Shown: positions 17,724-26,636 of the stretch, in pieces | Layout: each line of letters opens with the position of its first letter | Numbering within the stretch: position 1 is the stretch's first letter | IMG/VR virus record: IMGVR_UViG_3300048058_000013 | Source of the DNA: a virus | Strand: one strand, 5' to 3' | Length of the DNA: 64,000 bases | Made by a program: the position numbers and the translations under genes | The notes under the pieces: model-generated | What the model saw: only the letters and a program-made list of their open reading frames with translations | What the model was told of the DNA's origin: nothing | Databases searched by the model: none

Positions 17724-19179
17724 CGATGGTTATATCTTTGAAAATTACTTTAGTCTTATACCCCATTTCAACAATGGCCTTGAGCTGGCTCCGACCATGT
17801 TTGTAGAGGTAATAATTATTAAGGAATAAGAAGGCGAATACACGGGCCCACTTCCGTTCATTGACCCTGAGCGCTCTACCGACTTTCTGCTCATAATCAC
17901 TCCAAAGTTGGCCCCCGCCACAGATAATCAAATTATCCACCCCACCTTTAATATCCAATCCCCGCTTAAGGATCTTGCCGCCTATTAAGCAGCGAAGCTT
18001 ACGTTCCTCGAACATTTTTAAGTACTTCTGACGAATACCCTTTGATGTCTTACCATATATGAAATGAGATCCGGGTATTACTTTCTCAAGATTCTGTCCC
18101 AATTCTTCAACATTAAGAGTGTCTACCAGAACTAGAGTGTTGTCATTTGGGAATCCTGCCACAATCTGCGCAATTCTATTATGGAAATCAGCATTCTCAA
18201 TCATTTGCTCGCGCTCAGCGATATCAAATGCGGTCTTATCATCCTTATGCCCATCCTCTCCCATAACCATCATATGGAACCTAATAGGGATAATCCGTCC
18301 TAATTCCTCGAGATCCCGGCGATTGGTTTGAAAAATAACTGATCCCAAATGTTCTTTCAGGATCAAGTTCTCAACTGGACGGCGCTGATCGAATGGTGTG
18401 GCACTAAAGCCGTACTTGCGGCGACCATTGAAAAAGTGTCTAAATAAAGAGCGATATTGTGTGTTGGTTGCTTTATCACATTCGTCCACTAACAGCATGT
18501 CAGCACGCTTGACAATCTCCTGAAATTGTCTGGCATGTTTAAGTCGCTTCTTATATTCTGCTGGTCTCTTCCTCTTATAGGAAATTGGAGGAGTGCTAAG
18601 TGATTGGATAGATCCGACGATAATTTTCTGACCGTCAGGCGTTTCTCCACCATAGAATAGACCAACATCGAAGATGTCACGTAAATGGAGTCGTGCCCTA
18701 ATCTGTTCGATAACAATTCGCTGTTCAGCAATAATAACGGTTGTGCATTTAAAGAGTTTAACAATACCAATCATTAACTCAGTTTTTCCACCACCAGTCT
18801 GAACAGAAAAAATTCCAACTTCTTCATTAATTGGTGTTTTAATGGCATCGACCTGAAATTGATCTAGAGTAATGCCCGAAATCCAATCTGCCCCAACAAC
18901 AGTAGCATCAGGTACACTAATTGGGTCACGGAGATCTTCCACATCTAGTGGAATGTCATTAGCGGCACAAAACGCTTCTAATTCGTGTAAAAACGGTCGG
19001 GCTATTCGTTGTTTTCGGGAATCGTACTTGCGGTACCAGCCATCCCAATCTTGTTGACGTGTATCGATAAAATGTGCGCGAGGATGTTTAGCACTAAAAT
19101 GTTCTGTTAATTTAGGATCAAGCCCCAAAGTAACTTGATCCAAATAGATCCAATCATTGTCTACAATCTGCGCAAGCAC
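17674..19179 (-). CDS. uvsW: SF2 DNA helicase (UvsW-like)
   Basis: TGGGKT (Walker A), VDECD, GFSATP, RGLD, QKVGRALR. Confidence 0.9.
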   Translation of the reverse strand: MLAQIVDNDWIYLDQVTLGLDPKLTEHFSAKHPRAHFIDTRQQDWDGWYRKYDSRKQRIARPFLHELEAFCAANDIPLDVEDLRDPISVPDATVVGADWISGITLDQFQVDAIKTPINEEVGIFSVQTGGGKTELMIGIVKLFKCTTVIIAEQRIVIEQIRARLHLRDIFDVGLFYGGETPDGQKIIVGSIQSLSTPPISYKRKRPAEYKKRLKHARQFQEIVKRADMLLVDECDKATNTQYRSLFRHFFNGRRKYGFSATPFDQRRPVENLILKEHLGSVIFQTNRRDLEELGRIIPIRFHMMVMGEDGHKDDKTAFDIAEREQMIENADFHNRIAQIVAGFPNDNTLVLVDTLNVEELGQNLEKVIPGSHFIYGKTSKGIRQKYLKMFEERKLRCLIGGKILKRGLDIKGGVDNLIICGGGQLWSDYEQKVGRALRVNERKWARVFAFLFLNNYYLYKHGRSQLKAIVEMGYKTKVIFKDITIDGEQFVRSRFRKPKKA

Positions 19180-19189
19180 ACTCTATATA

Positions 19190-19564
19190 CTAACCTATAA
19201 CGTAGAGTTGAGTTACTTGATCGCGGATTCCAAAATTGTCAATAAACGCATCGAAAATTTGTTCCGGTGGATCCACAAGACGACGGTTGGGCGTTTCCAT
19301 TTGGTATAGAACTAGTGCACCCTTCTCTGGAAACCAATATGCTCTAGCTACGTTATCTGGATTTTCTACGCCCTTGTTCCCCAACCGCCAAATCAAGTTT
19401 GAATGTGACGCACTAGCGGTAGGACTCTTGAGGAATGTTCCTGTGGCTGTATGATAAACTCCAAGCATAGCACCTGGTCTATAAAGAAGCGCATAAACAT
19501 CATCTCCATCCGCGCGTTTAACTTCTAAACCGCCGCCATACTCAAACAGGCATCGTAGGCGCAT
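19190..19564 (-). CDS. hypothetical protein, possible head-internal protein
   Basis: N-terminus MRLRCLFE shared with ORF 5982..6392. Confidence 0.55.
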   Translation of the reverse strand: MRLRCLFEYGGGLEVKRADGDDVYALLYRPGAMLGVYHTATGTFLKSPTASASHSNLIWRLGNKGVENPDNVARAYWFPEKGALVLYQMETPNRRLVDPPEQIFDAFIDNFGIRDQVTQLYVIG

Positions 19565-19573
19565 AACCTATTT

Positions 19574-22500
19574 TTATGGTGAGCAGCCCCCGAGCGAATG
19601 TCCGCAGGTGTTGCATGTCTCGCACGGGAAACGGGTGATATCAAATGAACCACAGACGCTGCAACCTCTTCCTTTAGCGGTAGTAATCATACTACGTTGC
19701 GCCAGGATGGGTTCTGAGCTGTGGTACTTGCCATTGCTATTGCCACCATTTCCGTTGCCGTTTGTACGTGAAGCAAGAATACCACGTCTGACTTCGTGCT
19801 GAGCTGGCGTCCGGCGGCAATAAGTTGTATCACCTTCATATTCTAGCATCGCCAGTTTAGCGACTAGATCCGGAATGCTGTAGCAATAAGTGATATATGG
19901 GTGGCTCGTGCGACCGCAAGGGCCGCCCTCTTCATTAATAAAGCTTTCAGCAATCTCTCTAAGAGGCTGACCATATTGTAGGGCATTGGACATTGCGCGA
20001 GAGGTCCACTTCATTGCGAGGTAGAAATCAGGATTCTCCTTAGAGACATCGATCCAGACTTCACAGAGTTGACCATCTTCGTATTCACCAAATTTAATGA
20101 TCACTTTGTGCTGACGCTCGCGCCCGTGAATGGTAACTTCGTGTGCCACCAATTCACGCTTCTTCGGTGGACGCCGCCGATCACCTCGGAAGTACGCCTT
20201 ATCTTCAATTTCACTCTGAGTCCACCAATCCATTTCAGTGGGATTATTAAGTGGTTGGGACTCTTTACATCCATCTCTATACAATGCAAAACACTTAATT
20301 CCACCTGGACAATAATTTTTCGAATGGCGACCATCAAATGCCGCCAAATAGACAGCTTCGACGTCCTTCTCAGTAGCGTCTTTAGGCATATTAAATGTCT
20401 TAGAGATCGCACCACTAATGAATGGTGAAACAGCCGAGCAAGCACGGACGTGAGCTTCCCAACGAATATAGCGATCACCATAACCACTACGATTCGCACA
20501 ATCGAATATTTGGAGGTGCTCAGGCTTCAGATGTGGAGCGCCTTCCAAAGTACCATATCCACAAATCCATTTGTTAGCCTCAATATATTGGTCAGGTGTG
20601 AATCCCATCTTACTAAAAAGATTAGAATTCGCATCCTTCTTTCGATCTAATCCAATAGCATGTATAGATTCATCAGTGAATTTATGGAGCCCAACTGCAT
20701 AACGCAATTGAGTGACACTTGGTAAACTAGCTTCAATTTCATCTATATCACGCTCACTGACTCCACGCTCAAGTAGACTCTGTCTATTAATATGAGGACT
20801 ACCTTCTAGACTATTATTACCCAGAACATGGACCATAATGTCATCAATTTCTGATTCATTATAACCAAGTTTCCGAAGGGCGGTCTCAACCGACTCATTA
20901 ACAATTTTCATACTACCGCCACCAGAGAGTCGCTTGTGCTTTACAATACCAAAATCAGGTTCAATGGCAGTAGTGTCGCAACCAAGTAACAAGCCGACAG
21001 TCCCACTAGGCTGGATCAAGGTTGTGAATGCATTACGGTATCCGTTCCGACGTCCGAGAGAGATCGCTGACTTCCACGTCGCACGGATCGCTGTACTCAT
21101 TTCTTGAGAGATCTGACTGTGATCAACTTCCCATGGTTTAACTGTCAGCTTCTCATAATCGCCAGTCTTATACTTTCCTAGGGCTGCCCGACAATGATTG
21201 CGGAGTACGCGGGCCATCGATTTCTTATTGTCTCCGTAGCGCGGGAACGTACCCAGCGTCCGGGCCATCTGTGCACTAGCGATATAGCTTTCTCCGAGCA
21301 TCAAAGCAGTCACACCCGCCATCATGTGGCAGGCCTTGTCACTATCATAGGGGATACCGAGACGCATGAGAACAGCGCCAATTCCCGAATGACCCAATCC
21401 CGTCGTGCGATATTTAACGGTTCCTTCGGCTAGCTTCTTCGTTGGAAGCTGCGCCGCATTGATTGAAATATCCAACACCATCATCAGATGACGGCAAGTA
21501 TAACGGAAGTCATCCACATGGAGCTTCCCCTTGTCATCAAAGAATCGTTGCAGGTTGATTGTAGCCAAATTACAGGAAGTATCATCTAAGAAAACGTATT
21601 CGCTGCATGGATTGGTCGCTTTGATCCGTCCATCGTTAGGACAGGTGCTCCAATCCTGAATAGTATCCTCATACTGGACTCCTGGATCACCCGACGCCCA
21701 TGCGGATTTTACAAGTCCATTCCACAGGTCGCGTGCATTCATCGTCCGCACAGTCTCACCGCTTGTGCGAGAGGTCATAGCCCAATCAACATTACCCACG
21801 ACTGCATTGATGAAGGTTAGAGGAATCCTAATAGAGTTATTGGAATTCTGACCAGAAACAGTCTGATAGGCTTCCCCTTCCCAACCAGCGTTAAATCCTC
21901 CATGTTTCAAAGCTTGGACTTTGCGTTCTTCAACTTCTTTCCATTCAATATATTCCGGGATCTCTGGATGATCCATGTCGACAATTACCATCTTCGCAGC
22001 CCGACGCTGGCTTGATCCCGATTTGACCACTCCAGCAGAGCGATCGAAGATCTTTAAGAAACTCATCAGGCCGGTGGCCTCGTTGCCACTACTAAGTTTT
22101 TCGTACTTCGAGCGAATGGCCGAAAAATTGCTCCCTACTCCTCCCCCGGTCACAAATGCACGAGCCTCATCAGGGATGTTACGATAGATTCCGGATTCTT
22201 CGAAAAGAGTGTCTTCTACAGACAGAATATGGCACGCATGCAGGCCGGGATGTTGATATGCATTGTCAGTCTGTTTAGCAACAAGTGTCTTAGGATCAGC
22301 CCGCCAAAAACCCTTCTTCTTGCCAGCGAGACCATAAGCCCAGTAAACGCCAGAATTGTACCACTGTGGTGTATTCGGAGCAGTGAGTTGATTCTCTAAT
22401 AGGTAAACTGATTCATCATAAAATGATCTAGCATCGATCTCAGTATCAAAATACCCATACCACCATCCCCAATAAGTCCAAAAACCAGCCAGACGATGAA

Positions 22501-22822
22501 AGACTTGCTTGGCGCTTGTCTCTCCACCATAAGTACAACCTTCCGCTGGAACAGATCGCCGTAGCCACATTGGGATATTGCGACCATCATCTGTCTTCTC
22601 ATCCACGCGTTCAGTCTTAGATGGAACGTTGGTGAGTCTAAGATATTTCGAAAGGATGATGTCCTGCGAGATCTGTGTAAAGTGAGCAGGGACTTCCGCG
22701 TTTTCTACTTTATAAACGATTTCGCCAGTCGATTCATTCTTCAGAACAGTGCTTGTTTCTCGCCATTCAACGTAACTGTAGGGGTCAACTCCCGCCTTGG
22801 TAAAATGCCGTCCGATCTTCAT
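19574..22822 (-). CDS. nrdJ: class II (adenosylcobalamin-dependent) ribonucleotide reductase
   Basis: PNTPQWYNSG, HACHILSVED, RRAAKM, TNPCSEY (catalytic Cys/Glu), TSCNL, QPSGT; C-terminal TSCPD-like domain and CxxC...CxxC tail. Confidence 0.93.
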   Translation of the reverse strand: MKIGRHFTKAGVDPYSYVEWRETSTVLKNESTGEIVYKVENAEVPAHFTQISQDIILSKYLRLTNVPSKTERVDEKTDDGRNIPMWLRRSVPAEGCTYGGETSAKQVFHRLAGFWTYWGWWYGYFDTEIDARSFYDESVYLLENQLTAPNTPQWYNSGVYWAYGLAGKKKGFWRADPKTLVAKQTDNAYQHPGLHACHILSVEDTLFEESGIYRNIPDEARAFVTGGGVGSNFSAIRSKYEKLSSGNEATGLMSFLKIFDRSAGVVKSGSSQRRAAKMVIVDMDHPEIPEYIEWKEVEERKVQALKHGGFNAGWEGEAYQTVSGQNSNNSIRIPLTFINAVVGNVDWAMTSRTSGETVRTMNARDLWNGLVKSAWASGDPGVQYEDTIQDWSTCPNDGRIKATNPCSEYVFLDDTSCNLATINLQRFFDDKGKLHVDDFRYTCRHLMMVLDISINAAQLPTKKLAEGTVKYRTTGLGHSGIGAVLMRLGIPYDSDKACHMMAGVTALMLGESYIASAQMARTLGTFPRYGDNKKSMARVLRNHCRAALGKYKTGDYEKLTVKPWEVDHSQISQEMSTAIRATWKSAISLGRRNGYRNAFTTLIQPSGTVGLLLGCDTTAIEPDFGIVKHKRLSGGGSMKIVNESVETALRKLGYNESEIDDIMVHVLGNNSLEGSPHINRQSLLERGVSERDIDEIEASLPSVTQLRYAVGLHKFTDESIHAIGLDRKKDANSNLFSKMGFTPDQYIEANKWICGYGTLEGAPHLKPEHLQIFDCANRSGYGDRYIRWEAHVRACSAVSPFISGAISKTFNMPKDATEKDVEAVYLAAFDGRHSKNYCPGGIKCFALYRDGCKESQPLNNPTEMDWWTQSEIEDKAYFRGDRRRPPKKRELVAHEVTIHGRERQHKVIIKFGEYEDGQLCEVWIDVSKENPDFYLAMKWTSRAMSNALQYGQPLREIAESFINEEGGPCGRTSHPYITYCYSIPDLVAKLAMLEYEGDTTYCRRTPAQHEVRRGILASRTNGNGNGGNSNGKYHSSEPILAQRSMITTAKGRGCSVCGSFDITRFPCETCNTCGHSLGGCSP

Positions 22823-23478
22823 CTCATATGCTCCGCTGGTGTACCTGCAACTAACAGGTCATTCTTCAAAATTTTTTTAATCTCATCTCGAACGGTAAGA
22901 TTCTGTAAGATCTTGATTCTACCACGAAGTAGGATCAGATCCGCTGGAAATTCTCGCCGCTCATCGAGCGGTAATAGGTTAAGAGCACGACGACAACCAG
23001 TAGAAATCGTTACAAATCCGAGTGCTAAATCACCAGATCTGTACCACTGGGTCAGATTAGTGTAACCTCTCCGATTTTCCTTATGGAGTAAGGTAGTTGT
23101 CAGGTCGCCTCGACCTACCTGCTTATCAATAAATTTCTTAGAACGCTCGACATCAGTAATTAACAATTCCGTCTTAGTAATTTCGCCGCGCAAATAATTG
23201 AAGCAAATATCTAGTACCGATCTCATATTCAAGAGAGCGGTTCCCTTATTTAACAATCCATTGCGCTTACCATATTGAACAACTTCTTTTACTAATGCAC
23301 GAGTTTCGTTATTATCTAGCTTCCAAGTTTGAGTTTGTCTGAGGAACTTCCGTATTGCTCGATAAGCATACGTTTTTGAGGCGTCCGTATGCGGGGGGAG
23401 TTGAGTCCTTCTACCGACACCGGCCATTGCACGGCGATAACAATCGTAGATAGAAGTAACTGCGTCTTGGTCGACCAT
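22819..23478 (-). CDS. hypothetical protein
   Basis: 219-aa ORF, ATGA overlap with nrdJ. Confidence 0.65.
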   Translation of the reverse strand: MVDQDAVTSIYDCYRRAMAGVGRRTQLPPHTDASKTYAYRAIRKFLRQTQTWKLDNNETRALVKEVVQYGKRNGLLNKGTALLNMRSVLDICFNYLRGEITKTELLITDVERSKKFIDKQVGRGDLTTTLLHKENRRGYTNLTQWYRSGDLALGFVTISTGCRRALNLLPLDERREFPADLILLRGRIKILQNLTVRDEIKKILKNDLLVAGTPAEHMR

Positions 23479-23509
23479 TGAAACGCCAATATTTTTAATA
23501 CTTAAAGTT

Positions 23510-23803
23510 ATGAGTGAAAAGAAAAAAGAAAAGGGTTCTCAGGGCCAGACGGGGCCAGAGAAAGCCACGGAAAACATGCCAGTTGAAAAGCCATTGGACA
23601 AGAAGTTTGCAGATCAAATTGGCCCAACAATTGGACCGCTCTTAGATACACACAAAATAGAAAACGTTATAGTAATTGCAGAAGTACCAGGAAATAAAGA
23701 TGACGTGGCGATTTTTTATAGAGGCCACTTCTATGATGTGACGAAACTAGTGTCTGATGTATACGGACGCTTCAAAGAAGTGATCGCCAAAGAATTGGTT
23801 TAA
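23510..23803 (+). CDS. hypothetical protein (one of four plus-strand genes)
   Basis: 97-aa ORF filling the gap between nrdJ operon and baseplate genes; 4-bp convergent overlap with gp6. Confidence 0.6.
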   Translation: MSEKKKEKGSQGQTGPEKATENMPVEKPLDKKFADQIGPTIGPLLDTHKIENVIVIAEVPGNKDDVAIFYRGHFYDVTKLVSDVYGRFKEVIAKELV

Positions 23804-25482
23804 GTTAGTTGCTGAGCCGCGCCCTTCTCAAAGAAGAATTGTAGATTCTTCTCACCTAGCGTAAGCAATTCATTGAAGCCGATCCCTGCCGATCCTTCTT
23901 CGGCAAGCTCGCCTGTTGATAGAATATCATCTACAGGATCGAAGATCGTAACGAATTTCACACCAGGAACATTTTGAATTGCTGAGTATAAAGTACTAAG
24001 ATTGAATCCCTGACCCATATCGAATTTATCTAGAGCAAAGAAATCATCAATAACTGTATTAACAGATTCTCTGATGGTTCCAGCATCAGCAGTCCTGCTG
24101 ATAATGATACTAGCTTCAACGTCAACAGCCTTAATTTCACCATCAAGAGCACGCACTTCATCGGTTAGAACTGCGAGGTCTCTGAAGAATGTTTCTAACC
24201 CCTGTTTCAAGCCCGTGCTAGGCTTTACTGGAATACCATCAGGACCCTCGGCTAGAACATAGAGTTCTACGATATTGCGATTAATAAAATTCGCATCAAG
24301 TAAAGCAGCTGCTGCTTCTACAGTAGGAGCATCCCTAACGGCAGTAGCTAGAGTTTCAAGATCGCCCTCTACGCCAGTCCTTAATACCGCTACAGACTTC
24401 AGAACGGATCCAAAATGTGGGTGCGTAAAGGACTTCGACAATTGAGCATAATCTTCACCAGTTGTAGCAGAGTTTAGTGTCGCCGCATCCTTAGGAGCGC
24501 GTGCCTTTGCTGCCTCTAAAGTTTCCTCATCGGTACCACCAGAGCTGGGTTGCGGATTACGGAAAAGAACTTCAATTGGTGCACTAACTGGTGGATCTGG
24601 ACTTACAGCCCGCGCTTCATTGATAATGCTAGAACCAATGCGTCCACGGATGCCGCCGCCGATACGGTAACGTACAGTGATTATCTGACCCGGCAGAGGA
24701 GCCTTACCAGTGACGTCGTCCCCAAAAACTACTCGAGCCCGATCTTCTTGAAAACGGACTTCAAATACCGAATCGTTTGGCCCAAAACGCTCAATAGCTT
24801 CGACCCGTGTGAATATTTCTACATCCTCATCGGTTGCAACCTCTACAATGATAGGTTCATCGATGACATTTTGGTCCAAAATCTCTATAACCTGATCCGT
24901 ACCTCCAGCTGATTCAACAATGATAGGATCTGCAAATCGTCCTTCAATACCAAACCCAATGACACCTCGCCTGCCGCGAGGTATTGTAACACTGCTTGTA
25001 AAATCACTTGGGGCACGGAAGAGTTCATATGTCAACGGGCGGCCATCCGCTCCAGCAAGCGAAAATCTCAACCCTGCTGGGATATTAACATCCGACGATG
25101 AAGGCGACCCAATTGTAGCTTCAAGATCAACGATTGCAGGAGTTGCTCTCTGAATTTCCTGGTTGATAAGACGCAGATGATTAATAACGGCTTCTTTGGT
25201 CTGCGCTGTTGGTAAGAATGATTCATCTACCAGAATGTCACTACGTTCCGACAGAATATTGCCTACAGCAGCCACCAACTCGGTGAACATGATTACACCG
25301 TTGCTGGCTACGAAGTCATTAAAATCTTCTGGGAAGTATGTCTTGATATATTCAACTAACGCTCGCCGTAAAGTTACGAAATCTAAGGCGCTGAAATTGA
25401 TACGCCGAAGCTCTGCCGGAGTAAGAACAACGCCGAACTCCTGCGGTTGCGTTGGGACTAAAAAGACTGTTTCTTCCGCCAT
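23800..25482 (-). CDS. gp6: baseplate wedge subunit (gp6/baseplate J-like)
   Basis: SALDFVTLRRALVEYIK.YFPEDFNDF...GVIMFTEL, ESFLPTAQ, GDDVTGK.P, YRIGGG..G, GGTDEETLE..K.RAP, TGEDY. Confidence 0.92.
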   Translation of the reverse strand: MAEETVFLVPTQPQEFGVVLTPAELRRINFSALDFVTLRRALVEYIKTYFPEDFNDFVASNGVIMFTELVAAVGNILSERSDILVDESFLPTAQTKEAVINHLRLINQEIQRATPAIVDLEATIGSPSSSDVNIPAGLRFSLAGADGRPLTYELFRAPSDFTSSVTIPRGRRGVIGFGIEGRFADPIIVESAGGTDQVIEILDQNVIDEPIIVEVATDEDVEIFTRVEAIERFGPNDSVFEVRFQEDRARVVFGDDVTGKAPLPGQIITVRYRIGGGIRGRIGSSIINEARAVSPDPPVSAPIEVLFRNPQPSSGGTDEETLEAAKARAPKDAATLNSATTGEDYAQLSKSFTHPHFGSVLKSVAVLRTGVEGDLETLATAVRDAPTVEAAAALLDANFINRNIVELYVLAEGPDGIPVKPSTGLKQGLETFFRDLAVLTDEVRALDGEIKAVDVEASIIISRTADAGTIRESVNTVIDDFFALDKFDMGQGFNLSTLYSAIQNVPGVKFVTIFDPVDDILSTGELAEEGSAGIGFNELLTLGEKNLQFFFEKGAAQQLT

Positions 25483-25901
25483 TATGTTGCTACCTGATTA
25501 GGTGGTGCGGGGGTAACTGGAGTACCAACTGGAACTCTCAGTTCTAGCACAAATTGTATACTCGGATCGTTAATTATAAATGACCTAATCTTAACTTCTA
25601 ATTGCGTATCATCTAAGACCCGCTCAATTAATAACTCAGTTACTTGAACCCTAGGTTCAAAAGTTCTGATAGCTTCCAATATTCCTCGTCTTAATGTATC
25701 TATCGTAAGACGATCTTGTGGTTCAAAAGTTGTTCTACGTAATTCGGTCCCGAAATCAGGTCTGAATGCACGTTCACCAGGTACTGTTAAGAGTAACTGG
25801 AGGAGATCATTTTTAACTAAACGTTCATCAGTTTGGACGGGCATTACTGGGCCGCCCTCGCGGAAGAACGGTGGATTAAAACCAAAGAATATACTTGCCA
25901 T
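25482..25901 (-). CDS. gp25: baseplate wedge subunit gp25-like
   Basis: LLLTVPGERAFRPDFGT.L...FEP, I..FEPRV. Confidence 0.93.
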   Translation of the reverse strand: MASIFFGFNPPFFREGGPVMPVQTDERLVKNDLLQLLLTVPGERAFRPDFGTELRRTTFEPQDRLTIDTLRRGILEAIRTFEPRVQVTELLIERVLDDTQLEVKIRSFIINDPSIQFVLELRVPVGTPVTPAPPNQVAT

Positions 25902-26617
25902 TATTTCACCAACTCCGATACCTTCACGAGAGAATCAACTGTGGTTGAAAGCAACGTATTAGTCTCATTAAACTGTGAGATCAGTGAATCTCGACTTTCA
26001 ACCAATTCTTCTTCACGCGTCTCCAACTTTGCAACTACTGTACTATTAGGATCAACCTCAGAGGCCGCGTTTATTATTTTTCGAGTCTCATTGAGTCGCT
26101 TTTGGTTTTCAGCAATTGCGACTTCTAGATCCGCTAGTAATGCCTGCAGAGAAGTAACCTCTGCCTGCAGCTGTTTCTTTCGTGCAGTGGATGCTAGAGA
26201 CAATCCTACAATCTCATCCTCCGTCAGACCAGCGTCCTCCAGATCTAGGACATTTGTATTATGTTGTAGATCAATTTGTTTGGGGACACTCTTCGTATCC
26301 GGTAAATCAATTTCCTCATCTGTAAAATCTAGTAGTTCACCGACCGCAAACGTTTTTCGATTAGTGCCTGTCTCATTACGATTAGCTTCCACAAGTGTGA
26401 ATACCAATTCCCCGAACGCAGTTCGTCTTACCAAGTCACTATAAATCAACGGATCGCGCTTCCTAAGCTCCTCCGCAACTGGAAGCTGCAATGTTAGGGC
26501 TGTAGAACGACTTGGATCATCATTGGATATTACGAAAGTTACGTTGCCAGAGTCGTCCGGATCAACCGGAAGTTGGCCTGCATCTTGATATAGACCTGTT
26601 GGAAAACGAATAATCAT
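25901..26617 (-). CDS. hypothetical baseplate-region protein with C-terminal coiled coil
   Basis: 238 aa, coupled to gp25 by a 1-bp overlap. Confidence 0.6.
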   Translation of the reverse strand: MIIRFPTGLYQDAGQLPVDPDDSGNVTFVISNDDPSRSTALTLQLPVAEELRKRDPLIYSDLVRRTAFGELVFTLVEANRNETGTNRKTFAVGELLDFTDEEIDLPDTKSVPKQIDLQHNTNVLDLEDAGLTEDEIVGLSLASTARKKQLQAEVTSLQALLADLEVAIAENQKRLNETRKIINAASEVDPNSTVVAKLETREEELVESRDSLISQFNETNTLLSTTVDSLVKVSELVK

Positions 26618-26636
26618 GATAAGCTATAGTATATTT

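Noticed and set aside
13928-22822. Inteins, introns or homing endonucleases in terminase, helicase or NrdJ
   Set aside because: Lengths and motif spacing are continuous; no intein C/HN-C junctions or LAGLIDADG/HNH motifs seen.
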